A stretch of 63,947 nucleotides of DNA, the filler included, from Choristocarpus tenellus KU-1152 (lineage: Eukaryota; Protista; Phaeophyceae), in the NCBI GenBank assembly GCA_964200185.2. It is 11 parts of 11 records of this genome, joined end to end, with 100 filler letters (N's around TTAATTAATTAA, not from the genome) between each part and the next. Parts side by side here need not be neighbours in the genome. Positions count along the whole stretch, not along the records: positions 1 to 10,380 come from CAXNAD020002963.1; positions 10,481 to 16,437 come from CAXNAD020009316.1; 9 more parts are not named here. One strand, written 5' to 3'. Both the position numbers and the translations under genes were made by a program. Below the pieces are notes generated by a model. That model searched no databases. It saw only the letters and a program-made list of their open reading frames with translations, and was not told where the DNA came from. This document shows, piece by piece, positions 1-10,921 of the stretch (position 1 is its first letter; each line of letters begins with the position of its first letter).

Positions 1-2919
1 GCAGCCCATCCTCCAGGAGGACATCCACGAGCCGGGCATCATTGCCAACTTCATTCCCCCCCCCCCCACCCCCTCCGCCGCTTCCCCCGCCACCTGTCGC
101 TGCAGTTTCCTCACCAACCTTGCTGCTCCCTTCCCTTGCATCTAGTTCACCACCTTTCTTGCCCTCGCCACTACTGCCTTCCAATTCTTCTGAAACTCCT
201 GTTGCGTGGCGGTCTACTTCCTCTTCATAGACGTCATCCTCCTTGGGCAAGGGACCAGAACCTCTCCTCATCCGGAGGATGACGACCCCGATGAGATCTT
301 TCATGTAGTTCACCAGCTGTTCCACTTCCCAAAACTCGTGTTCGAAGTCAAGCTCCTCCACGCCAAGAAGCTCATCACCCTCTCGAACTCCAGCCTCCTA
401 TTGGAGATATCAAGGGCAACAGGTATAGATCACACCAGACAAACGGCATTCGCAAAAGTAGTTCCAGGAGTTCAGAGATCAGCTGGGGAAAGCATGTATG
501 TATTGTATGCCTGTGATGGATGAAAGCACTCACTGTCTTTTACGCTTCAAGGAACGAGAGGAACTTATATAACGGCGCTCGCCCTCAACGTATACATTTC
601 AAACGGACACGGGTGACCTATGACCGGTCCTGTGCAGTACTAACAAGAAGGAACGTTTCACACAGTGCCAATAGATCTAGACTAAGGGACTCAGGGTAAT
701 GCAGAGGATGTCTAGCCTAGCCCCTGGCAGATGTAGAGCTCTATGCTCCACACTAATGTACTCAGGCGCTGCACATGTCACTAATCAAAAGCACCTAATT
801 CAAATCTCAGAAACAGATTGTGCCTAATTGTATCAACAAAAAGATGTGGCTTTAGCAGTTCCTCCATGATATCAGAGTGTGCTCGCATGGTTGTCGAACA
901 CCTTGAGGGTAGTCTAAGATGGCAACACCCTTGCCCTCAAATTTTCCCCTCAGAATGCTGCAAAGACTTGCTGGCCATAACTTGGCAAAAAGGCGGAGAC
1001 AAGAAGTCGCAAAAGGCTGCGCATATTCTTACATTTCGATTGGTTTTCCTGGCTGGGTGAGGTGGAACAAAGATCAAAAAGAAACAGGGGGCACAATTAG
1101 AGAAAGGAACCTTCAACGCACCTCTGCTCCACCTGGTGATCCATCAGCCAAGGGCTGCAATCCATAGATGACAAATCGCCTGCCCACTAACTTTAACATG
1201 ATGCCCAACCCAGTCACACCCTTATCCACAGCAACTCGGTAGCAAGTCCCGGGTGGAAAAGCTGACACCACCTCGAAAGAGCTGGCTGTCAGAACGGCAG
1301 CAGAGGTGCCACTGTCCCATTCTGTCCTGTTCCCTGTAGTAATAGACCCTGCACTCCAATCACTTTTGCCTGGCAGCATCAGCCCCTCTGCTCCCCCCAC
1401 CCAGACCTCCCCTTCTCCCTGTTCAGGAGTATGGTGTGTCTTCAACAAGTTTGACGACCACGATACACTCCTATCAAAGGAGCCCCGTTGATCTGGGGGA
1501 GGATCAGTCCTAATACCCACGAACACATCTTCTCCAGCAGGTGAACAGGGAGTAGCTGCAGCCGTGCCTCCAGAAGGGATTCGAAGGAATTCTGGGTGCA
1601 GGGCAATTCTCGAGCCCCTTCTTGGAAGCTGAAGCTCATTCAAGATGCTTAGCTCTCCAGAGTGCATTATGTATGGGTTCGGTGGGTGACCTCCACGAGG
1701 GGTTCGGCCTGGTATATTAGCAGAAACGCGAGGAGTAAACGGTGGCAGTTGCTCCTCCTTTGGCATTGCTCCTACCACACTACCAGATGTCGTCCAGGAA
1801 GAGACCGAAGGAAGGGGCGAAGGGAGAAGTAATTTGAGTGGTGCACGAGTACGGCTGGACGGCTGTTGTCGCCCTCGTTCGTGTGATGACCCAAGGTCCA
1901 CAAGCAATGGTGGTGGCGTCCCATGGTGCTGTGATGCGGTCTCCAAGGAGTCCCCAAGGCTTGTCATTGTTGGGGGCGGAGTCCCCAACGCGGATTGTGC
2001 TGAAGGGGAGCCGTTGGCTGCATATCATCGGTGCCGTTGGGGAGTGGTTGGGTTTGAGATTTTCCGCATTGGTACTGGAGGAAATGCAAAGCCTTTGGAC
2101 GGATTTAATTCCTCGAGAACAATTGAGGACCTGTTCTCGGTAAGATCAGAAGAAGGTATTCTCTCATGTTATCAGAATTCATTAACACTAACCCACCAAG
2201 CCAATCGGTACTGTTTCTGACTGATCTGTATTGCAAAATGTACCACAATAACGAGTCATCACCTGCAACATATCGAAGATGCGGTGGCCTTTCCGGGGCC
2301 TCAGCAAAGGGTCCCACGCCATTGCCTGCAGCAAGCGCCTGTTCGACAGCAGCAAAGGTGCTTCCTCCAGAGAAACGCCATATGGCAAGCAAGGTCTCCG
2401 TTTGCAGATTTGGAAACATATCAAGGAGGTTCTTCCAGCGTATGGGTTGAACGTGGATGGAAAGGACATTGCAAATGTCAATAGTGGTGCACGGGTTCTC
2501 ACTGCCTGCATAAGCGGCGCGACTTTGGTTCAAAGTGAAGAGTGCGTACTCAAATAGTCTTCTTGGCCCACCGTGACAAATCCAACGAGATAGCCGATAC
2601 AAAAGAAGAAAATTCCATGAGTGAAATTTTTATTACGAAGCAAGCTGCCGTAGGAGAAGACTCCGTGAGAGATCGAAGTTGAAAGAGGATGGTGAGAGGG
2701 AGAACGTGATGAGAATTGCGCAAGACAAGTAGCAGCTGGGCTGAGCTGAAGCAAATATAAGGAACAATAGTATACGAATTTTTTTAACTGAATCCATTCT
2801 TAGAGAGGTCATTGCATTGCATAGGCACTTACTCCAGGTACGGCGTCGTTTTGCGTGTTGGGTGCCGTAACACCTCCACCACCTCCTGGGGGTGGCAAAA
2901 AGGGGTTGTCATCCTCCAT
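1..2919 (-). CDS. Spliced gene for a PDZ-domain protein with a probable N-terminal CUE domain; 3' end runs off the window start
   Basis: The long exon ending at 1122 (..YRVAVDKGVTGLGIMLKLVGRRFVIYGLQPLADGSPGGAE|gtgcgt) splices in phase 0 to exon 397..1 (tag|EAGVREGDELLGVEELDFEHEFWEVEQLVNYMKDLIGVVILRMRRG..). Together they give a PDZ pattern (GLGI..SP.AE.AG.R.GD.LL.V). An upstream exon ~2430..2263 (NLLDMFPNLQTETLLAIWRFSGGSTFAAVEQAL) matches the CUE pattern MFP..AVE.L and can join in phase 1 to an acceptor at 1999. Candidate first exon starts at ATG 2919 (MEDDNPFLPPP..VPG|gtaagt). The 5' exon joins are less certain than the PDZ join. Confidence 0.72.
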
Positions 2920-3239
2920 TTTGGAGTCCACCAAGCCCCAGCCAATGGTCGTGGACGAGAAAGACCCGCAAGTCCGAACAAATATGAACCGGCATTCGTA
3001 GTCAGTGGGTGAGGCTGGTGACACAGGGGGTGTAAACACGATCTGAGACGAATATCATAAAACCAAGACCTGGGAGGCGTTCCTTTCTAGGATTCTCTCA
3101 TCCGTTTCATGCGTTTCAACACCACTAGGTCATAAAGATATAATTACTTGAAGTAGTACTTGAAGTAGGTCAAAAAAGAGTAGTGCATAGTTCATTCAAA
3201 TAGTACACCCCTGAACCCACCTCTCCTGAAGTAGTAACC

Positions 3240-6200
3240 ATGGCTATAGACCGACTTTTTGAAGCAGGAGAATCCCCAGGCTCAATCACCAACGATAACC
3301 TCCTTGAAGCATCTCAACAACAGGTGGGTTCGGGAGGACAGCACACAAAACCTTCGCAGCAACTCTCCCATTGTATCCAGAAGCCTTATTCTGCTTATGG
3401 TCCGAGACTGCAACACATCTTAAACAATAAATTGCCAGGAAGAACTAACCGCTAACCGCCACTTACTTGGGGTATATGGTAACGTACACATTGGTGATTT
3501 CCCTTTGAAGTATTTCCCAGCGGCTCTAGATGGGGCAGACCCGGTCGGAAAACAGTAATAGTTTTGCACCCTTCTCCACCTCTGTCATCACAGTACATGT
3601 GAGGAAAGCGTTGACACAGTAGACTGTGATCAGGGATTACGCCGTACATGCTTTCTCTGAGCTGTATGATGCATGCCGTTTCAATATCGTACCCCCCAAA
3701 TGCGTTAGGAACATCATCAGGTCATAAATACATGAGTTTGATATGACGTGTCGTCTGTCCACTTCCCTGCTCACTCCATAATAGATGCCAGTCAACCTTG
3801 GCGCAAGCGAGTCAAGGGTAGATGGGATTGCTTCTCGGTACCCACTTCTCAAGCACGAAGATCCAGTGTTATCCACACCAGGTGCCGGGTACGACATGGC
3901 CCTGGGCCATGACTCTTTACCACAATATGTGTCTTTGTACTCGTCGAACAGACCTTGTTCGAGGCGATTTAGGGAGCACCCGACGAGCACAAAAGAAGAT
4001 TCACGTGAAAATGAGATCAAGGCATCGAGGCGTGGGAGTAAAGGGGATGACGAGACTAGTGTGATACTGAGGGCCATGATCCCGAACAAAAAGTGGAGTA
4101 ACGAGAGCGGCGAATGGGTGCAAACGGTGGGCATCGTGGCTGAGAGGATCGAGAAGAAAGCTAACCCGATAGAAGTAGCTAGCCGTAGTATCAGCCACCA
4201 GAAGACAAACTCACAAGTGCAAACTACAAACCTTAAGAGTGCTTAAAAGGTAGGGAAGCGTAGCATAGTCTGGGGTGGAAAAAATTGAAACAAACACAAA
4301 TAAAGCCATTCTTATTTGAAAAACAACCCAACATACAGGTTTCAAGCATGGAGATAAGCAGGGCAGAACTTGGGCTTTTGAATAGCAGAGTGAGTGCTAG
4401 GCTAATTGCACATCAAGCCCGTTCTCAAGCGGTGTGCTCTGTGCGGGAGGAAGTCTTTTCAGAATTGTACGATGAACTTGTGCGACAGGTGAGTTCTCGA
4501 TGCCGCCATGTAGTCAAAATAGGCCAAAAAAAAGAAGCAGAATAGTCGAAAAATAAATTGTAGCTTCCAATATGTATTGGCCGTACCCAGCCCCTCCTTT
4601 GCTTATCCAGCATGGAAACCATCTATGATCTACCGCCCCTACATACCTTTCTTGTAAAGGTGACCATCGAGTGTCCAGAGAGGGGTTTGCTCCTGCTACG
4701 GGTCCGTGACGAGACGCGCATGAACCTTGACACGTTCTCAGAACTATACAGGTTCGTAAGAAGAACTAGAACATTGAAGTAGAATCGAAACTCAGTTACA
4801 CCTGTGTTTGGTCCACCAGCAATCCAGTACGCAATACTCTTTAGTCTGCCACCCAGGAGGGTAACATTTGGAATGTTTGGGAGGTGTGAGTACAGAGCCA
4901 AAAAATGTTTGATATTTACAGGTCCGCTGCTACCCATGTTCATGAAAAATATTTATCAGTATGGATGTACTGCGCTTGACTGCGTAGCAGACTAAGTTCT
5001 CCATGTGCCTACCCTTGCCCTGTTGGAGAATTTGCAGAGATAGTGTAGAATTCTCTCGGAGAAAGGCAGAGGGTGCTCAGGAAGAGGTACAAGGGGTTGA
5101 GGAACGATTGGCAGTTTTGGAGTCAGAAGTGAAGGTACTGCGTGCTGTAGTGCAATCCTTGAGAAGAGAGGAAGACAGCACAATTAGGTAAGGATCGAGT
5201 TTCAATACTGCATAATATATCACCTGGCATATCTTGTTCCCAACACCAACATTATATAAACTGATTGATAAGTACCAACTCATCTAAAGATCACACAAGA
5301 GGGTTTGGTTTGGTGGGGTGCTACTTTGGATGTATCAGTACACCTTGTTCAAACTATGCCCTGCAGTTGTCAAGAAAAAAAATTATCTATCTGCTGCTAT
5401 TAATATTCCGTCTGACCTAACATGTGACAAAAAAAATGCAAGAAAGGGTGCTTGGGTTAGGATTGGGACTGAAGTAGTATAAGCTATAATCCCATCAACC
5501 TCTTACAGTACCTGTAAGCATCTACGGCCTAGTGCATGGTCACATTGAAGTACTGAAACCAGTGCCAGGTTTCTTTCTCCTGCTGTTGTTACCTTCCTCA
5601 CCTATATTATTTATTTTGGGGGTGGCGAATACATATACACAATGAAAGGCATGGTCAATGTGAAATCTATGCCTTGCATGGAGCAAAAACACAAGATCTG
5701 AATACAATATAATACTAAAGAAGATAAATATATTCTAAAACCAGTTGAATATCTTGGTTACTCTGTAGCTTCTTTAGCTTCTTTGAGGTATCTCCAAAGA
5801 TACACCTAGCTTGGAATTGATCCTCCTGTGATGTACAGATAAGGGGCTTTAATAAGGCTAGGTTAGAGACACGGTAATTGTACGATTTGTTCCACACATC
5901 ATCAATGAGGGCACAAATGAAGACACCATGTATAGGTAGAACTCTTAAATACTATTGTGTGGAGTGCAGACCAAATCTCATTCCATTACACAACACGCAA
6001 CAGGAATTGGTAGGCAAGATCTGTAACACTCTGAAGTAACCGATTTACTACACGGCAAAGTTCAAAATTCGTTTGGAATAGTCCTAATAGTGTCGCCCAT
6101 ACCAGACCTTATTGTGTTGAGTGCAACCCATTTATTACATCTGTTCGGTTCTGGTAGTAACAACAGTCACTATCTGGAGCACCAGGAGAATGTAAAAGCA

Positions 6201-6821
6201 AAAATGAGAAACATATGACAAGGAAATTGAGCCAGAATATTCTAGATAGGGGGAGAAGTGCATCATTTTTTTTTATCTAGGGGACTATTAGATGTTTTTC
6301 CTGACCCCGCTTTTCATGGCCAAATTTTTCAGCTAACCTCGATTTTTAGTCTGTGAATGTACTAACAAAAAATTCTATGCAGACAGGTGATTTGTGATCA
6401 ATTCGGATAATGAAGGGATACAAAGGCGCAAATTATAAAACAGTGACAGAGACCCTTTAACAGCAATGACCTCCCTCTCTAGCGCGCTTTGACTCTTTAG
6501 AGTGCTCCAGAGTTGCATACATTTGCAGTAGTAATATGGGGTGGGTGGATAGCATTTTTTCCATTGACTTCCCAAGAGCATGTTGAACCCACATAACCCA
6601 GGGATTGGACATGACCCCTAAGACCGGGAAACTTCACAGTCCTACCTCATGCCTCTCCCTGACACAAAAATCAATGCTTCATCCTCAGGCTGAATTCATA
6701 CACCAGGACATCAATGGATTCCCACCGCTCCGACCAGCTGCAGAAGCTGCATCTTGAGCAGAAAGCACTACGGGCATGCATAGCCAAGTTTCAGTCAAAG
6801 AAGTTAGGCGGTCCTAGTTAA
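3240..6821 (+). CDS. DNALI1: Axonemal inner-arm dynein light intermediate chain p28/DNALI1-family protein (divergent)
   Basis: Phase-consistent GT-AG exons 3240-3323, 3785-4126, 4339-4488, 4660-4751, 5038-5187, 6689-6821. They read ILRAMIPNKKWSNESGEWVQT|VSS..QARSQAVCSVREEVFSELYDELVRQ|VTIECPERGLLLLRVRDETRMNLDTFSELYR|DSVEFSRRKA..|..HRSDQLQKLHLEQKALRA..*. The hallmark p28 motif DELIRQVTI.C.ERGLLLLRVRDE is present. Could be a paralog rather than the true ortholog. Confidence 0.88.
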
Positions 6822-7351
6822 TTGATACCGTGTTAGTGCTGGTTCCGAGGAGGAACACAACATTGATTGAGCAATACACAATCCACTCCCATTTGCATTG
6901 GAAGAAGCAATTATTTTTCTGAAAATTATCTTGTGTGAATTGGCCTCCTTTGAGAACAACTTATTTTCGTTGTGAAAAAATCGATATGAGATTGAGTTAC
7001 TCTTGATTCCCAAACATCCTGACGAACTTCACAAGTCCTATTCTGCTCACAACACCATGTGTCCTTGCCCACAAAGGATAAGATATCTCATCCAAAGCAC
7101 CTAAATAAGCAGTGTACAAAACTCCTAGCCCATGCAAGGTTCTCAGGAGTACACGTATGGAGGGCACAATGACACTGCTATTTGCACGCAAGTCTTAGAC
7201 AGTGAGGCAAGAAGGAACAGGGCACCCCCTACAAGATGTATCAGCTGCCAAACGCTCTCAGAGTGCTCTGCAGAAACTGACCAGCATCATAAGCATAAAT
7301 TATATGTTAACACTTAATGCTTTCAAACTCTCCGTACTGCTAGAACCCTTT

Positions 7352-7614
7352 GAGTGAAAGTATCTTAGAGGGTAGAGTCGTGTGTCCGTTTGGGGGCCAA
7401 AATCCAATGTTGCAATATTGATGTAATTTTGGCTATCATATTTGTTAGGAAGTGTCAATATACCCTTGTTCCGGACAGACCTTATCATAACATACACGTT
7501 TTACCTACTCCGAAACATTTCGGAGTGGGTAAACATTACAAACAAAAACGTGGGAAGCCAAGCCCCAAACGGACAAACAGGGCAAAACTCATACTCTCTC
7601 AAATACTCTCACTC
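7352..7614. mobile_element. MITE subtype B, TIR GAGTGAAAGTATCTTAGAGGGTA
   Basis: Imperfect TIRs flanked by TTT on both sides. Body is homologous (reverse complement) to 44322-44550 and 52159-52412. Confidence 0.8.
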
Positions 7615-8114
7615 TTTGCGACAAAATTGTAGAAAATTGGTATTTTAGAATCATGAGGAATAGGTTGATATGTTGTTAACCACGCCAGCTCGTGGTACAC
7701 ACAAGGAAGTGATATTGGCATGTGCTACTCTTAGCACTAGGCCTAATACTTCACAGTACATTAAGTATTCCAATGGCATGTCAAGTACACCAATGATACA
7801 TAACCATTTTATTCCACTCAACTAAGGTGCCTACTTCTGTTTGGTGTAACAAACAGTCTATGCATCCAATAAACAATCACATTCTAAGAAAGTCTCCAGT
7901 GTTAGCTTGCACTGTCGCTTGCCCTTTATCAGGCAACTAAGGATCTGACCCTCATGTTGTATTCCTCGGCACCGCATTGTCTCAATACCGTTTGTCATCC
8001 ACTATGTGTTGCTGAATTTAGCATCAAGTTTGATTCCCGAACTGTCTGCTCCATCAGATATATTCTAACACGACTGCTTTGAGGATCATGGAAGCAAAGA
8101 TTGGTCCTGGTTCT

Positions 8115-9781
8115 TCAGCCTGAACTTGACCTGTGCCAAGTCTCGTATTCCTGCAAATGTGGATATGAACAAATGATGAACACCAAAGCGTCCAGGACTA
8201 TTGCTCCTACAAGTGGAAAATTTACACTTTTATCAAGCAGGGTGTTTCCTTGATTCTCCAGCAGCATTGTTGGAGGACCGATTCTGAAGGGCAATACACC
8301 AGCTGTGTTTTCTTGCATTTTTTTTTTCTTCTTTCAACACAGAAGCAGATCACTATCAAAGGGATCTCATTTTTCTAGAGCTCACATCATACTGAGATTT
8401 GGACATTGAAGCTATGGAAAGTAGACTGCAGGGCACACTACATGGTAGAGTCTACTCTGTAAACAAGTGTGAATAGGTGCAACTAGCAGACATCACGTAA
8501 GGTGACTTTATAGCAGTTCTATATTGGTTTCCAATGGGATCACCTCATGACAAGTAGGGTTTGTACTTAGATTCTAGAACCCCTTACATCATGGTTTGCC
8601 TCTTATCCCCTCCAATGTATTTGATCAATAACAGGGGTTGCTTGGAGCAAGCTTGTGATCCCTGAGAATATTATGTCGTATGTCGAAGTATTTTTTTGTG
8701 TTTCCTCAATACTTTCATTTAGATTTCAATGGAAGAGGACTATATTAAGTTCCTACAATTGAATATTTGTCCAGGAATGCACAAGGAGGAGACCTATCCC
8801 TAACAATGGCAGTCTCTAGTGTCTTATGAAAGGGAATGTGAGAGCAGTAGTTTATGCAGTGTTTTGTGTGTACAGCTTCAAACTCACTCGTTGGGCACAG
8901 ACATACTTTTCAAGAGCTCTCAACCAGCATGTCTGCTGCGCCTTGCTATCAGCCCTAAGCATCAACGTTCGTTTTGGTGATTCAATCTGTGGTTGAGAGG
9001 GTGGCATGTTGGAGGGTTATAGCAGTATGTTTTGTAGAAAGATAGAATTGAACACTGTGATGCGTGAAATATTATCGTCAAGTCGTTGCTCAAACCTCTA
9101 TCCACCCTGTGAGCATAGTAACAGTCGATCGCGTAGTAATGCAGCAGCACATTGTCATTTGCAAGGGACAGGAAATTCCTACTTCGCAAGTTCAGTATTT
9201 AGCCAGTCAAGGTGATCCTCACACTCTCGATTTCCCACCCCAATCAAGCTTTTATCAGTGGAAATATCATACTTTAGCAATACAATATCTGATTAAGTAT
9301 ACACAAGAGGATTAGTCTGGCTTTACCATGTACCGGTTGGTCGTGGAAATGGCATACTAAAAGGTAAGCTTCTAAAACTCAATCGGACTGAGGTTGGAAT
9401 ATTGACCAGAGTAGAGTTACGCTGCTGGGTCTAAAGTCCACTTATTTCCTCACCTGGAAGCAATACTCGTCAAATGCCCAGACAGATGAAATCTCGTTGA
9501 GACTAATAGCACCTGCGCGGAGAAGGAAACACAAAGGTTTATAGAATAATAGATGAAGCCATAACTACCAGAATCGAAAAGGATCATTTTCATTCCTCAA
9601 CCAAAAATAAATTGATGCATCTTTTACTTTTCTTACCAGATGGTTGAACGATGCCCTTGTCTGCGTCCGTCCTTTCTGCAAAATATTCAAGCTGCAGAGT
9701 TGCTGCGTCAACTACAAACCACCGACGAGTCCAATTACTGAGGAAGAATCTCTTTTTGTGCTTGAGTTTGTCAAGGTACCC
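8115..9781 (-). CDS. Small PH-domain protein (first exon not resolved)
   Basis: Phase-consistent exons 9781-9637 (GYLDKLKHKKRFFLSNWTRRWFVVDAATLQLEYFAERTDADKGIVQPS), 9512-9454 (GAISLNEISSVWAFDEYCFQ), 8986-8888 (IESPKRTLMLRADSKAQQTCWLRALEKYVCAQR), 8150-8115 (EYETWHRSSSG*). Canonical PH signature: G.L.K..W.RRWFV..L.YF..G.I.L..F.I..L.A.S....W..AL. Confidence 0.88.
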
Positions 9782-10380
9782 CTGGCTTGGAAAGAAAGGG
9801 GCAGAGGAGGAATAGGATTAGCATAGCTACCCCCAACTTCTCGATCGTGTGGAATATACCATGGGAGTGATTTCTGGCATATTGAGTGTGTTTGTGATCG
9901 CCACATGGACACTCTCGAGAGCACAACGAGGGCATTCAATAATTTTTGGTGTGAAGAGAACCTAAGAGCACCTCTATGTCGGGTGGGGCGGGGGGAGCTC
10001 TAACAGATGGTGAGCATGCCATCTGAGGACTTTTTACTCCACGTCAGCGTTGATCATTCCCGTAATTCTCTGGGAATGCTAGTGTAGGATCTACTGGCGA
10101 TAGATGGTGCTACTCTTGTAGTGGCAGTTACGTTGAAGTTACGTTTCATCCCCTTCAACTCAGAAAAAAAGGAACTAAAAAAAAGAACTCAACATGGCGA
10201 AATGTGAAAGATACACCAGTCAAATCCAAAACAAATGTAACCTCTGCCCAGCATCAAGGACATTAGCGTAATGCAAGGAGGGGTATGCATCCAATCACAT
10301 ATTCATAAACAAACCTAGTCTAAGGCCAGAGTATCTGGGGGGTGTCGGCGTCCGTTTTTCACCCTTTTTTCGATTTTCAC

Positions 10381-10480
10381 NNNNNNNNNNNNNNNNNNNN
10401 NNNNNNNNNNNNNNNNNNNNNNNNTTAATTAATTAANNNNNNNNNNNNNNNNNNNNNNNNNNNNNNNNNNNNNNNNNNNN
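10381..10480. other. Artificial contig spacer N44-TTAATTAATTAA-N44
   Basis: Exact 100-nt pattern with stop codons in all six frames. Confidence 0.99.
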
Positions 10481-10921
10481 AAAAAAAAAAAGAAAAAAGA
10501 AAAAAAGAGAAGGAAGAGGGGGGAGGGGGGGGGGGGGGGGGGGGGGGGGAGAGGTCTAATGTGAGTAGGTGCAGGTCACCTCTTCCACCCTCGGATGTGA
10601 AAATGCACCACAAAAAAAAGGAGGATGCGGGCTTCAAGCCACAAACCTTCTGTCCTGATCAGAATAAGAAAAATAGCACAATTGTAGGGTGATTGGTCTG
10701 GCAATTCAGCTGCCGCCACGATGGATCGATTGCAATGTCAGCCTTAGGGTTAGGATTGCCGTCCTTTTCAACGACTTCAATTCCTTTAAGCAAGAGAGTA
10801 AATCCAAGGTACTCTCCACTACCAACATCTTACTCCCATGCAATTGTTTTCGAGACCTCAGCGTCCACAGCTCTAGCATCAGCAGTACCCTATACCCTAA
10901 CCCTCTACCCTAACCCTCTAC

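Noticed and set aside
2010-2130. In-frame TGA upstream of the 291-aa ORF as selenocysteine or readthrough
   Set aside because: An in-phase acceptor at 2000/1999 places the TGA in an intron, and no SECIS evidence is visible.
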